DNA of 57,311 nt from Theionarchaea archaeon (GCA_018992565.1 JACVGW010000009.1:1-57311), one strand, 5' to 3'; shown: positions 18,571-29,313, numbered from the stretch's first letter. Translations and numbers: made by a program. Notes: a model not told the origin generated them from the letters alone.

Positions 18571-19398
18571 CTACTCCAGGTATTTTCGTATAGACAGCAT
18601 GGCTGTTACCAGATCCTCCCAGTTACCAGATGAAAGCCCCCCTTCAGGTTCCATTGTCACCAGTCCGGAGTATCCCCAGCTTTCAATAGTATCCAGTGCT
18701 TCCCAAAACCCAAATGGCGAGTTGTTCAGTACCCAGGCAGCATTTTCCAGGGTTCCCCGAAGGTGTACATTGATGATGCGATCTCTTACTGATTCAAACG
18801 CTTTGAGTTCGTTGTATTTTGCTGCCCATCTCATGTCCAGTGTTATCCATTCAAAGTGTTCAACCAATCCACGAGGAGTTGTGCTTTCAATGTGGGTGGG
18901 GACGTTCTCTACACTCGCTTTGACAGCAAAGGACGGCGTGACTTCACCTAACCACTTTCCCAGAGCAGCCATATCAAGGTTTCGTTTCCATGTATCCCAC
19001 AAATGAAAAACACAAACACCTGCCTGAAGAGTCTCTGCCAGAACAAGGGATTGTTCCACCATTTCTTTTCCTTTCTTCTGGTCCTGGCTGTTGCCACACA
19101 ATAAAATGCCCACATCTCTATTAGCATGAACAGAAAAAACGGGCAATCCCTCTAGATGAGAGAGCAGGTCCTCTGTTGTATATTTGAGACTTTTTTCCCA
19201 GGCAATGCGCCTGTCTCCAGTGACATCGTCTCTGGGAGGATGCTCTTTGCTCCATTCGGCCAGATGCTGCACCTCGAATCCATCCACTGCTCTATCCTTC
19301 AAGAGGCTTTTCATCACAGTGAGTGTGGTTTGCAGGTCGTAGTACGGAGTTCTCATGATGGCAGTGGTAGGGGCTGAGGAGATTGCCAGATTGAACAT
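18571..19398 (-). CDS. Sugar-phosphate isomerase/epimerase-like TIM-barrel protein
   Basis: 'SVH', 'VFHLWD', 'SVENVP', 'TLD', 'NVHLR', 'GYSGLVTMEP'. Confidence 0.7.
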   Translation of the reverse strand: MFNLAISSAPTTAIMRTPYYDLQTTLTVMKSLLKDRAVDGFEVQHLAEWSKEHPPRDDVTGDRRIAWEKSLKYTTEDLLSHLEGLPVFSVHANRDVGILLCGNSQDQKKGKEMVEQSLVLAETLQAGVCVFHLWDTWKRNLDMAALGKWLGEVTPSFAVKASVENVPTHIESTTPRGLVEHFEWITLDMRWAAKYNELKAFESVRDRIINVHLRGTLENAAWVLNNSPFGFWEALDTIESWGYSGLVTMEPEGGLSSGNWEDLVTAMLSIRKYLE

Positions 19399-19683
19399 GT
19401 ATTCCCCATACTACAGGGTAATATACTCTTTTCCTCTCCTTCCTGATGCCAGCACGTAATCAGAGCCACAGAGGGTTAAGGAGCGTTTCACAAACAAGGT
19501 TTTCTAACTGAGTCTTCCTGGATCTTTCATATTCACATAATATGATATTAATGCCGTCTAAAAGGAGAAGAGTGAGTGTTCTGTAACGGAAGAACCATCT
19601 TATTGAGAACCAACGCTTTACTTTCTGTGAAGAGACCGGATTCTTCCACTACATTTATATACCCTATGCACGTATGTACTGAT

Positions 19684-19783
19684 GACCGGGAGGGTAAATC
19701 CCCGAGAGGCTCAACAAACTATTGCCCCCATAAATCTTCTTTTCAAACACAATAGCCTCTAGAGGAGAGCCCATATCCCGGTT
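19684..19783 (+). ncRNA. Candidate structured small RNA (long interrupted hairpin)
   Basis: TTTATATA at 19654-19661. Nested stems GACCGGGA/TCCCGGTT, GGGT/GCCC, AGAGG/CCTCT and CTATTG/CAATAG in an intergenic region with no ORF >=60 aa. Confidence 0.3.
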
Positions 19784-19886
19784 GTTACCACAGATGATCA
19801 TGCATGATTTACAGTCAGTAACCTATACCAGCAGTGGTCCTTGAGTCTTTTCCTCTGTGAGAATCTTCTCTATCTCTATTGTGCAG

Positions 19887-20285
19887 TTATTCTTCTTGTT
19901 CTAAGGATTCATAGACATATCGTCCTTTCTTATTCCTGCTCTCTCGCTTTCCCAGTTTGCCTTTCCTGACCAGATCTTCCAGGATTCTCTCCACGCGCTC
20001 CTTGTCATTGACCTTGTACTTGTTATTGAGAGCAGCAATGGAGAGAGATTCCTTCTGCAGTCTGTTGAGGAAGTAGCTTGCCAGTTGCTCATCATCTCGT
20101 TCATCTGGGAGTACACTCACTACCTTATCAGGCTCAGCGGCCACTTTTGAAGGCCGAGGTTCGCTTATAGTACGTTCCCTCTCGATCATTGAAAAGATTA
20201 CGTCCCGGGGAGTCATCTCCAATAATTCTGATACGTCATTCAGTGTCTTATTTCCATGACTCAGGATATCCTTTATATCTGACAT
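19887..20285 (-). CDS. Hypothetical protein with C-terminal winged-helix-like domain
   Basis: RBS AGGTGA before ATG 20285; 'ERVERILEDLVRKGKLGKRESRNKKGRYVY' is a wHTH wing pattern. Confidence 0.55.
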   Translation of the reverse strand: MSDIKDILSHGNKTLNDVSELLEMTPRDVIFSMIERERTISEPRPSKVAAEPDKVVSVLPDERDDEQLASYFLNRLQKESLSIAALNNKYKVNDKERVERILEDLVRKGKLGKRESRNKKGRYVYESLEQEE

Positions 20286-20479
20286 GGTATCACCTGATTT
20301 ACTTCTGAATCTCATTCCTGCAGTCGAGGGATATAAAGCATTCCATATACTACAGGGAGAGATTCAGGTATACCTGTACGTGTCTCTTCTCCCAGGTTTA
20401 AAAGCATTATGGATCATCCAGCCTTCTCTCTGCAGGAGTGAACGCCAACATTTATAAACCACAGAGAAAACAGCCTTCA

Positions 20480-20899
20480 ATGAACAAACTGGTATATCTT
20501 TCCATAATCATTATTGCACTGGGAGCTGTCTATTTTCTGTTTCCACAGGAACAATCGTCGTCTACTGAGGTTACAACCCTGGAAGAAGCAGTTCTGATGG
20601 CCAGGGAAGAGAATAAACTTGTATTTCTCTACATCAATTCCCAGAACTGTCCCTACTGCCGTATGCTGGAAGAGGAATTCTCAGAATCCGAGGAATTTCA
20701 AAGAGTGATACATGAGGAGTACATATGGATAACCCTGGACTTTACAAAGAACCTCAACCTGGCTCGACGATTTGGCCTCCAGGGTCCCCCCGCCATGATA
20801 ATTCTGGACCAGAACGGTACAGCCATTACGGGTATACCGGGATATCCTCCGGAGGGCGTCCGGGATGTCATTGCCATGCTGAAAGAGGTCTCGCAATGA
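20480..20899 (+). CDS. Membrane-anchored thioredoxin-fold protein (SoxW/DsbJ-like)
   Basis: N-terminal TM, CPYC active site, cis-Pro region 'GPPAMIILD'. Confidence 0.85.
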   Translation: MNKLVYLSIIIIALGAVYFLFPQEQSSSTEVTTLEEAVLMAREENKLVFLYINSQNCPYCRMLEEEFSESEEFQRVIHEEYIWITLDFTKNLNLARRFGLQGPPAMIILDQNGTAITGIPGYPPEGVRDVIAMLKEVSQ

Positions 20900-22671
20900 G
20901 TTTCTCAAGTTTTGATGTCCGCGAAATGGTAGAAGAACTCCAGGAAGTCGTGGGCATGCGTTGTAACACAGTTTATCAAATCGGCAATCTGGTGAGAATC
21001 AAACTCTTCGGGAAGGGAAGAAAAGATCTGGCGATCACGAATGAAGCGTTCTATAATACCAGATATCCGCGTCAGGCTCCCCAGAAAGCCACTAATTTTG
21101 CCATGCTTCTCAGAAAGTACCTGAAGGGATGCTGGCTGTACCAGATCAACCAGGTGAATTTTGATCGGGTTGTGGAATTCCATTTTGGGTACAGTGAAGA
21201 ATCCCACTTTGTCCTGGTGGCAGAGCTCTTTGGGAAGGGAAATATCATCCTGCATTCACACAATGAGATTATTGGAGTGCTGCGCAAGGAGAAATGGAAG
21301 GACCGCATACTCTACCCTCACAAAGAGTATTCATATCCTCCTACCAGGTTGTCTATTGACCTGCCTCTTGCAGAGTTTGAAAAGCTGAACATCCAGACGG
21401 AAAAGGATCTGGCAGTGAACTTCAACTTGGGGAACCTGTATGCCAGAGAAGTCTTCCTGAGAGCAAAGAGCCCGTCTGCAGAGGATTTGTATGAAGCACT
21501 GCATTCTTTTGAAAAGAATCCAAATATCCTTGAGAACAACAGTGTGCTCCCCTATGATTTACTGGTGTACAAAGACTGTGAAAAGGAGTTTTTCCCTACC
21601 TTCACTGAAGCTGTGGATGAATTCTACAGACGGAAGGAAGACCTTTCTGTGGGGGAAGAAACTGAATCCCAGGAAGATAAAATTCTCAGGTTACAAAAAG
21701 AGGCTATCAAAGATTTTGAGGCAAAGAGAGACTTGTATAAGACATGTGGGGATCTCATATACCAAAACTACACCCTGGTGGAGGATGTCTTGAAGACTCT
21801 CATGGAAGCCAGAAAGACACATCCCTGGGAGGAGATTATATCCATTGTACAAAAAAGTGACCATAAAATTGCTCAGAAGATTATGGATATTGATTATCGT
21901 AATGCAAAAGTCGTAGTCGGGTTGAGTGAGCCTGTAACTCTTGATTTAACCCTGAATATTAATGAAAATGCGGCAGACTACTATGAAAGGGCCAAAAAAA
22001 TGGAAAGAAAGATTGAGGGTGCCAAAAAGGCAATGAAAAAACCGAAGAAAATTGAAAAAGTACCTCTTCCGAAACGGACTATTCTGCGGAAGAGAGAATG
22101 GTTCGAGAAGTTCCACTGGTGCCTGTCTTCAGAGGGTCATCTCATCTTGGGAGGAAGGGATACCAGAACTAATGAGTTACTGGTCAAGAAGTACATGGAA
22201 CCTACTGATGTGTATGTTCACGCAGATATTCAGGGCGCCACTTCAGTGGTTGTGAAGAAGGGGAAGGAAGCATCAACATACACTCTGGAAGAGGCAGCAC
22301 AATTCGCAGCTGCCTACTCCCGTGCCTGGAACCACTTTGGATCTCTGGAGTGCTACTGGGTGAATCCTGAACAGGTGACCAAGAGCCCACCGTCAGGGGA
22401 GTATTTGACTCCCGGGGCATTCTTCATTGCAGGATCCAAGAATTTCATGAAAGTGGACCTGGGTATTGCCCTGGGACTTCATGATGACAAAATCATGGGC
22501 GGTCCTGAGTCTGCAGTGAAGACTCATACGTCAGCCCACGTAGTTGTGGGATTTGGAGATGAGAAAAAGGAACGACTGGCCAAACAGATTGGGAAGATAT
22601 TAGACTATCCAGACATTGATGAAATCATAAGAGCCCTTCCTGGGAAGGGCAGAATTCTCAGCAGGAAGTGA
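20896..22671 (+). CDS. rqcH: Ribosome quality control factor Rqc2/RqcH (NFACT family)
   Basis: 'FAMLLRKYL', 'FDRVVEF', 'AELFGKGN', 'WFEKFHW', 'GGRD...NE', 'HADIQGA'. Real start ATG 20896 (ATGA overlap). Confidence 0.9.
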   Translation: MSFSSFDVREMVEELQEVVGMRCNTVYQIGNLVRIKLFGKGRKDLAITNEAFYNTRYPRQAPQKATNFAMLLRKYLKGCWLYQINQVNFDRVVEFHFGYSEESHFVLVAELFGKGNIILHSHNEIIGVLRKEKWKDRILYPHKEYSYPPTRLSIDLPLAEFEKLNIQTEKDLAVNFNLGNLYAREVFLRAKSPSAEDLYEALHSFEKNPNILENNSVLPYDLLVYKDCEKEFFPTFTEAVDEFYRRKEDLSVGEETESQEDKILRLQKEAIKDFEAKRDLYKTCGDLIYQNYTLVEDVLKTLMEARKTHPWEEIISIVQKSDHKIAQKIMDIDYRNAKVVVGLSEPVTLDLTLNINENAADYYERAKKMERKIEGAKKAMKKPKKIEKVPLPKRTILRKREWFEKFHWCLSSEGHLILGGRDTRTNELLVKKYMEPTDVYVHADIQGATSVVVKKGKEASTYTLEEAAQFAAAYSRAWNHFGSLECYWVNPEQVTKSPPSGEYLTPGAFFIAGSKNFMKVDLGIALGLHDDKIMGGPESAVKTHTSAHVVVGFGDEKKERLAKQIGKILDYPDIDEIIRALPGKGRILSRK

Positions 22672-22900
22672 CTGCCTGCAGCAACAGATGGCACGTAAAT
22701 TCAAACCTCGATGGATACATACAGAACACGTTGTTACAGCAACGGGAGGAGCACTCTTCCATGGCACTGGGGGTATCATGGGTTGTTATAATGATCCCTC
22801 ACAGAAGATTTCTACATGGTCACTTCAAGGCTGCCCCGCACCACGTTGAGAATCCCCATATGTTTATATCAACTCGAATGAATAAAGAACCGTTGATACT

Positions 22901-23359
22901 ATGAGAGAGATCAACTTTCGTGATACAGACACTGCCGTGAGAGATAACGTGAAGGAACTTGAAGGTTCCATTGAATACTGTTATCAGTGCGGTACCTGTA
23001 CAGCATCCTGTCCCGTTTTTGAGGTTCATCCCGATTATAACCCACGAAAGATTATTCGAATGCTCGTACTGGGAATGCAGGACGTTGTAAGAGAAGACTT
23101 CGTATGGTTATGCAGTTCCTGCTATGCCTGTCAGGAGAGATGTCCTCAGGGTGTTCTGATACCACGCGTTATGAGGATTCTCACAAACATGGCCTTCTCT
23201 GAGGGATATGTGCCTCACGGTGTTGGTGTGCAGTATCAAAAGGTCAAGAATGATGGAGTTCTCTACACCCCATCTTCCTATGACAACAGAAAGAGGAAGA
23301 GCCTCCACCTGGAGGAAATTAATGAAGAATACGATGTTGCAGAGATCTTTGGGGGCTGA
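22901..23359 (+). CDS. hdrC: Heterodisulfide reductase subunit C
   Basis: 'CYQCGTCTASCP' and 'WLCSSCYACQERCP'. Confidence 0.9.
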   Translation: MREINFRDTDTAVRDNVKELEGSIEYCYQCGTCTASCPVFEVHPDYNPRKIIRMLVLGMQDVVREDFVWLCSSCYACQERCPQGVLIPRVMRILTNMAFSEGYVPHGVGVQYQKVKNDGVLYTPSSYDNRKRKSLHLEEINEEYDVAEIFGG

Positions 23360-23361
23360 CT

Positions 23362-24192
23362 ATGGACTATGCTCTCTACACTGGGTGTACCACCCCTGTG
23401 ATTGCACCGCACTATGAAGTATCTGCCAGGAGAGTCTGTGAATCTCTCAATATTGACCTCGAACTGCTGCATGCACCCTGTTGTGGCAATCCTCTAAAAC
23501 CAGTAAACGAGAAGGAAGCTGTAACCATGGCTCTGTATGTTTTGAGTCTTGCTGGCAGAGCCCCTTTGATGACCCTGTGCAGTGCATGCACGTCATCTCT
23601 GTTGGAAGCTAAGAAAAGGGCGGATACGGAGGCCCTGGAGAGGCTACATGTAGATAGGGAGAAAATCGAGAGGTTACAGGTCAAGCATTTTATACAGGTT
23701 TTGGTCGAGGAGTATGGACTGGAGCCTCTCAGGGATAGAATAGAAATTCCTCTGGACTGCAGAGTGGCTGTGCACTATGGATGCCATTTTCATCGTCCTT
23801 CTTCCCTGTATTCTGAGGACCCAGAATATCCCCATTTACTGGATGACCTGGTGGAAATCTGCGGAGCCTGTTCAGTTCCCTACAGGAGAAAATCCATGTG
23901 CTGTGGTTCTCCTGTGATGGGAGTGGACTTTGATGTTTCAGTGCAGATGACTGCCAAGAAACTGCAGGATATCAAAGGAAAGGCAGATATTATGGTTATT
24001 ACCTGTTCGGGATGTGGGTTCATGTTTGATAGAAAGCAGAAGAGTGTAGAATCTCTTACCGGGGAATTGAATATTCCTGTCCTGTACTATTCTCAGTTCC
24101 TTGGGTTAGCCCTGGGGATTCCTCCCGAGAAATTGGGATTTGAAATCAACAGGGTGCCGGTGAAATCGTTCTTGGAGAAGGTGCTTTCATGA
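23362..24192 (+). CDS. hdrB: Heterodisulfide reductase subunit B
   Basis: Two CCG domains: YTGC..PCCG..CSAC and HYGCH..MCCG..CSGC. Confidence 0.9.
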   Translation: MDYALYTGCTTPVIAPHYEVSARRVCESLNIDLELLHAPCCGNPLKPVNEKEAVTMALYVLSLAGRAPLMTLCSACTSSLLEAKKRADTEALERLHVDREKIERLQVKHFIQVLVEEYGLEPLRDRIEIPLDCRVAVHYGCHFHRPSSLYSEDPEYPHLLDDLVEICGACSVPYRRKSMCCGSPVMGVDFDVSVQMTAKKLQDIKGKADIMVITCSGCGFMFDRKQKSVESLTGELNIPVLYYSQFLGLALGIPPEKLGFEINRVPVKSFLEKVLS

Positions 24193-26870
24193 GGTCAGCC
24201 ATTATTGGTGCGGGTGTAGCAGGGGTGAGGGCTGCAGTAGAACTGGACAGCAGGGGTGCCAGTGTCTTACTCATTGAGAAGAATTATTACATTGGCGGGA
24301 AATTGACAGAATTGTCCAGGTTATACCCGGTCTGCGAATTGTATTATGCTCCTCGGTTTTTCTCCCAGTTGAATGACTCTCCCAATGTAGAAATCATGAC
24401 AGGGTCTGAAATCGTGAATATAGAAAGAAATGAGAAAGACATGTACGTCTTGACAATCCGGAAGACTCCCCGGTACGTCACTGAAGCCTGCACGCTCTGC
24501 CTGAAGTGTGTGGAAGTCTGCTCCCGTGGGGCTGTCCAGAAGCCTCCTTTTCAATCCGTACCTCAAATAATGGTTATTGACAGGGAAACATGTGGAGACT
24601 GCAGGATGTGTCAGGAGAGTTGCCCGGAACATGCCATCACCTTCAATGAGAAGGAAGAGATTGTCAGGAGAGAAGTGAAGGACATCATATTCTGTACAGG
24701 CTCAGAGTTGGTTGATCCAGGAGTGTATAGCGAGCTTGGATATGGACGGTTCCCGGATGTTATTACGTCCATGGAACTGGAGAAAATGCTTCATCCGTCC
24801 TTTGAATCAAAATTTACCAGACCTTCAGATGGGAAAAGACCTCAAAGAATTGCATTTCTCCAATGCGTGGGCTCACGAGATTCTGTACGAGGGGAGCCTT
24901 ACTGTTCCCGCGTCTGCTGCATGCAGGCACTGAATGAAGCCAGGATTATCAGAGAGAGGTATCCTGATACTGAGACGGTTATATTTTTCATCGATCTGCA
25001 GTGCGCAGGAAAGAGGTGGGAGGAGTTTTGTGAGAAGGCCAGGAGGATGGGGGTCACCTGTATCAGGTATCGAATACCTTCAGTGTATGAGGAGGACGGA
25101 AGAATCACTATATCCTATGCAGACGATGGACTGACAACCCTGAAGGTGGATCTGGTGGTACTGTCCACAGGTATTGCCCCTCCTGCGCGGACGTATGGGC
25201 TGCCCAGGAATGAGGTTGGATTTCCCACAGAAAAGGCATGTGGATTCTTCTTACACCCGGCAGATATCACTGAATCTGTTCAGGAGGCCCTGGCGTCTCT
25301 TTCCAGAATCCCCGGGTGCTCTTCCAGTGAGCCTGTGCATACCTGTGAGCCCGGGCTTGAAATCATCATATGCAGGTGCGGCAATGATTATTCGCAGCTT
25401 TCAGATGCGCTGAGGAATCGAGGGCATACAGTCCGTGAGGTTGACAACGTTTGTAAAGCAATACCACATGGGCTCCTGAGAAAGGAGAGAACAGTGGTGG
25501 GTGCGTGTGCTCTCCATGAACACCTGTTCATGAAGCTGGCTCGAGCAGGTGCCTCCTTTGTGGAAGTCATTCCATTGCGGGAAATGAATTGGACAGCAGG
25601 AGATCTAACCCAAAGAGAGAAGCTCATACAGATGGCAGTGGCCAGCCTGGAGCGGTTGGATACTTCGAGAGTTGTATGGTCACAGACAGATACGCTCCCC
25701 GCCGTGGTGGTCATTGGCGGTGGGGTGGCAGGGTTAACAGCAGCACTTGATCTGGCAGATACGTATAAAGTCTTCATCATTGAGAAGAGCCCACGCCTGG
25801 GTGGGAGAGCCCTCACTATCCAGTATTCTCTGGGATACAGTCCCCAGGAAATTGTACAGGACCTGATAACCAGAGCTGAAACTCATTCCAACATTGACAT
25901 TTTGACAGGAACTGAGATCACCACTCTGACAGGAGAACCGGGCAGGTTTACTGTGGGAACGGCCCGGGATGACATTGACTGTGGAGCCATAATACTGGCA
26001 GCAGGTGCAGATGAATTCCAGCACCAGTACAGCCACCCGAAGATCATCACACAGATGGAGCTCGAAGAGAGAATCCGGAAGAATGATATTCCGCAGCTGG
26101 TGGTCATGGTCCAGTGTGTGGGTTCGAGAACGCAGGAACATCCCTGGTGTTCTGCCGTCTGCTGTTCAAAAGCTGTCTCCAATAGCCTCAAGATCCTGGA
26201 GAAAACACAGTCTCAAATTCTCATCCTGTACAGAGATATGCGAACGTATGGATTTCAGGATGTCTCCTACAGGAAGGCCAGGGAAAAAGGGGTCATATTC
26301 CTGCAACAAGATGAGATGCCCGTAATACGGGTGGACACTTCTTTATCTGTGGTGTATGAAGATCCTGTTCTGCATACAAGAATAGTCATTGAACCTGATC
26401 TGCTTGTTTTGAGTACTGGTATCACGCCAAAAGAGGAATCTGGTGAACTGGCAAAGATTTTGGGGGTCTCTCTGGATCAAAATGGATTTTTCAGGGAATT
26501 ACATCCACTATTCTATCCAACAGACTCTGTAAGGAAAGGAATTTTTATATGTGGGCTCTGTCATTCTCCCCAGAACGTCATGGAGACCATGATACAGGCT
26601 AAGGCTGCAGCCTCCAGGGCGAGAACCTTCCTTTCTTCAGAATATGAGACGCATACTGCAATCACTGTTGATAGAGAGGTATGTACTGGCTGTTCTATTT
26701 GTGTGGAGGTGTGTCCATTCGGAGCTCTTTCTCTTGAGTCAGGTACCCTTTCTGTTGAGATGAGTCTCTGCAAGGACTGCGGTCTCTGTGTGGGCTCCTG
26801 TCCGGTGAGCGCTTTGAGCCAAACTGCACTCTCTGACGAGCAGGTTCTGGGAATGGTGGGGGCCCTATGA
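24189..26870 (+). CDS. hdrA: Large HdrA-like flavoprotein (two FAD modules plus ferredoxin domains)
   Basis: Two GxGxxG motifs, two 'QCVGSR...CSxVCC' motifs, internal and C-terminal 2x[4Fe-4S] motifs. Confidence 0.88.
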   Translation: MRSAIIGAGVAGVRAAVELDSRGASVLLIEKNYYIGGKLTELSRLYPVCELYYAPRFFSQLNDSPNVEIMTGSEIVNIERNEKDMYVLTIRKTPRYVTEACTLCLKCVEVCSRGAVQKPPFQSVPQIMVIDRETCGDCRMCQESCPEHAITFNEKEEIVRREVKDIIFCTGSELVDPGVYSELGYGRFPDVITSMELEKMLHPSFESKFTRPSDGKRPQRIAFLQCVGSRDSVRGEPYCSRVCCMQALNEARIIRERYPDTETVIFFIDLQCAGKRWEEFCEKARRMGVTCIRYRIPSVYEEDGRITISYADDGLTTLKVDLVVLSTGIAPPARTYGLPRNEVGFPTEKACGFFLHPADITESVQEALASLSRIPGCSSSEPVHTCEPGLEIIICRCGNDYSQLSDALRNRGHTVREVDNVCKAIPHGLLRKERTVVGACALHEHLFMKLARAGASFVEVIPLREMNWTAGDLTQREKLIQMAVASLERLDTSRVVWSQTDTLPAVVVIGGGVAGLTAALDLADTYKVFIIEKSPRLGGRALTIQYSLGYSPQEIVQDLITRAETHSNIDILTGTEITTLTGEPGRFTVGTARDDIDCGAIILAAGADEFQHQYSHPKIITQMELEERIRKNDIPQLVVMVQCVGSRTQEHPWCSAVCCSKAVSNSLKILEKTQSQILILYRDMRTYGFQDVSYRKAREKGVIFLQQDEMPVIRVDTSLSVVYEDPVLHTRIVIEPDLLVLSTGITPKEESGELAKILGVSLDQNGFFRELHPLFYPTDSVRKGIFICGLCHSPQNVMETMIQAKAAASRARTFLSSEYETHTAITVDREVCTGCSICVEVCPFGALSLESGTLSVEMSLCKDCGLCVGSCPVSALSQTALSDEQVLGMVGAL

Positions 26871-27250
26871 GGATAGTGGCTTTTGTCTGCAACTGGTGTG
26901 CCCGGGCTGGCGTGGAACTGGCACACTATGAACGGATTGACTATCCCGATGTTGGACTTATTTATGTTAATTGCACAGGGAGAATCGATGTCCAGTTGAT
27001 TCTACAGACTCTGGAAAAAGCAGATGGCATCCTGATTTGCGCATGCCATCTGGGAGATGACCACTACGGGACAGGTAACTATAAGACACTAAAGAAAGTG
27101 TTGCTGACAAGGAAAATACTGGAACAGCAGGGTATCAATCCGGAGAGACTTCGTCTCGAATGGATTTCCTCCACAGAGGCTGAAAAATTCGTTGAAGCAG
27201 TCAAAAAGATGCAAGAGATCCTTGAAGAAGATACCTTTCCAGAGCGTTAG
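26867..27250 (+). CDS. mvhD: MvhD/FlpD-type iron-sulfur subunit
   Basis: 'AFVCNWC', 'CTGRID', 'CHLGDDHY..GN', 'GINPERLRLEWIS'. Confidence 0.88.
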   Translation: MRIVAFVCNWCARAGVELAHYERIDYPDVGLIYVNCTGRIDVQLILQTLEKADGILICACHLGDDHYGTGNYKTLKKVLLTRKILEQQGINPERLRLEWISSTEAEKFVEAVKKMQEILEEDTFPER

Positions 27251-27508
27251 AAATTCCCCTCATCCGGGTGGGCATTCACCTGTGTTATAGAGGGAAAGAG
27301 GGTTGCCATCCTCTACTTTCTGAATCGTCTACCTGGCGTCTTGCAGTCCCTGTTCAGATGTCTCCTATCCCCGTGAGAGGTTCTCTCCTGTTGTCATAGA
27401 ACATGTGTCAGTTGGATCAGACCTCGCAGAAACAGTCAGAGCTACCAGTAAGGATGCAGTTTGAGGGAAAGACCTGCATCCCGCTGTTATCTTCATTGGA
27501 ACCAGCAG

Positions 27509-27955
27509 TCAGCTTTCACTTCGGTCTCTCTTGCTCAGATACAGGATATCTTCACCTACAAGATATCCCATCCTCTGAAACAGATTGAGAGAAGGCACAT
27601 TATCTTCGTATATCAGGATCCCAATTACCTCAGCACCTCTCTTTCTCAGAGCATCCTCGGCACCCGTAATGAGGATCTGGGCAATTCCCTGCCTTCGATG
27701 TTCAGGAAGAACAGCCAGCCTGTTGATCCATCCCTTCCTCCCATCGAAGGTGGCAATAATACATCCCACCAGTTCACCTTCCAGGAAAGCCCCCAGGAAG
27801 AAATCAGGATTCTCTTCCATCTGTCTGCATATTTCTTCTCTGCTGTCTCTGCCTCCAGGCCTGAATGGCAATCCTGCCTTTTCCCAGAGGGATACGAGGT
27901 GATCGTAATGCTCCGGCAAGAGTACTCTTATCTCGATCATCCTGTCCACTGTCAA
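27509..27955 (-). CDS. GNAT acetyltransferase (YpeA-like)
   Basis: 'DGRKGWINRLAVLPEHRRQGIA', 'N..SL.LF..MGY'. Confidence 0.88.
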   Translation of the reverse strand: MTVDRMIEIRVLLPEHYDHLVSLWEKAGLPFRPGGRDSREEICRQMEENPDFFLGAFLEGELVGCIIATFDGRKGWINRLAVLPEHRRQGIAQILITGAEDALRKRGAEVIGILIYEDNVPSLNLFQRMGYLVGEDILYLSKRDRSES

Positions 27956-28014
27956 GTATACCTTTAAAAATATTCACATGCAGGAGGAGAAAACGAATTG
28001 CACCAGGTGATTTC

Positions 28015-28758
28015 ATGAACCTTGAAACGGTTACTGAATTTCTGGATGGATATTTGCGGACACAAGAAATCGAGGATGACTGCAATAATGGACTGCAGGT
28101 TGAATGTGAAACAGACATCAGGAAAATCGGATTTTCTGTTGATGCTTCAATGGAATTATTCAACCGAGGTAAAACCGATGAGTGTCAATTGCTCATTGTT
28201 CATCATGGGCTGATCTGGGGAGGTATCTCCTATATCAGAGGATATCAATACAGGAGAATCAGAGAGCTACTCAGGAATAATATAGGATTGTATGCAGCTC
28301 ATCTCCCTCTGGACGTACATCCAGAAGTGGGGAACAACGTTGTCCTTGCCAGGTTACTGGGATTGAAGATATCAGGCGACTTTTTCACCTACAAGAATGT
28401 GAATCTTGGATTGCTCTGTCAAACCAATGTCGCCAGAGAAGAACTCATTGGGAGAATAAAGCAGGAGGTGGGAGACTGTACTGTACTGGACTTCGGACCT
28501 GATCACGTTGAAACGGTGGGCGTAGTAACTGGGTCCGGCATGCAGGCTCTTGAATCAGCAGCCCAGTCCGGATGTGACACCTTCATAACGGGGGAGTCCA
28601 AGCATGCATCGTACCATGTGGCAAAGGAATTGAAGATCAATGTTGTCTATGCAGGTCATTACCAGACGGAGACTCTGGGAGTCAAAGCACTTATGAAGAA
28701 AGTGAGTGCCACCTGTGAAGCAGAACCAGTATTTTATGATATACCAACAGGATTTTAA
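28015..28758 (+). CDS. Nif3-like dinuclear metal centre protein (YbgI family)
   Basis: 'NGLQVE', 'VHHGLIW', 'HLPLDVHPEVGNN', 'GHYQTE'. ATG 28015 after AGGTGA. Confidence 0.92.
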   Translation: MNLETVTEFLDGYLRTQEIEDDCNNGLQVECETDIRKIGFSVDASMELFNRGKTDECQLLIVHHGLIWGGISYIRGYQYRRIRELLRNNIGLYAAHLPLDVHPEVGNNVVLARLLGLKISGDFFTYKNVNLGLLCQTNVAREELIGRIKQEVGDCTVLDFGPDHVETVGVVTGSGMQALESAAQSGCDTFITGESKHASYHVAKELKINVVYAGHYQTETLGVKALMKKVSATCEAEPVFYDIPTGF

Positions 28759-28804
28759 GGATTGGATGTGGAGAGTGCAGGATTCCAGAAAGCCTCAGCG
28801 TAGT

Positions 28805-29266
28805 CTATGTCCTGTATTTTTCCTTCAAGGTCAGTAACCATTTTGCCAACCCCACTTTCTCTATCTGTCTGTTCGTATCTATGATTGACTTTCTGGCTTC
28901 AGGAAGAGTCCCTTTCTGAAGGTTCTTGCAGGGAAAACAATCACATTGATAGCAGAAGTCTACTCCCTTTCGTATGCAGCAGTCACGAGGTGGACAGTCT
29001 TTCCACCAGGACCATCCTCCCCCGAACCTGCATCCCTTACATGGTTCAGTCTGCGAAGCAATCCATTTCAGTCCTTTGGTGAACTCATGGTAGTCACAGG
29101 TCTCATATGCTTCCGCCATGAGCTTCAGCGATCCGGTTCTTTCAACGAATGTCAGGAGTGTATTGGCCGCCTCGACTATTGTCCCTTTATGGTAAGAGCA
29201 GAGGGCACAGTAGTGTCTCCCGCAATATGAAACATATTGATACTCACCTTCCAACATTTTTTTCAC
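28805..29266 (-). CDS. DUF3795-like Cys-rich protein
   Basis: 'YCGRHYCALC', 'CKGCR', 'C..RDCC..KGVDFCYQC..FPC'. Confidence 0.75.
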   Translation of the reverse strand: MKKMLEGEYQYVSYCGRHYCALCSYHKGTIVEAANTLLTFVERTGSLKLMAEAYETCDYHEFTKGLKWIASQTEPCKGCRFGGGWSWWKDCPPRDCCIRKGVDFCYQCDCFPCKNLQKGTLPEARKSIIDTNRQIEKVGLAKWLLTLKEKYRT

Positions 29267-29313
29267 CGTTGACGACTACACAGACCCTCCTTAAGAATGT
29301 GTGCCCTCTCTGT

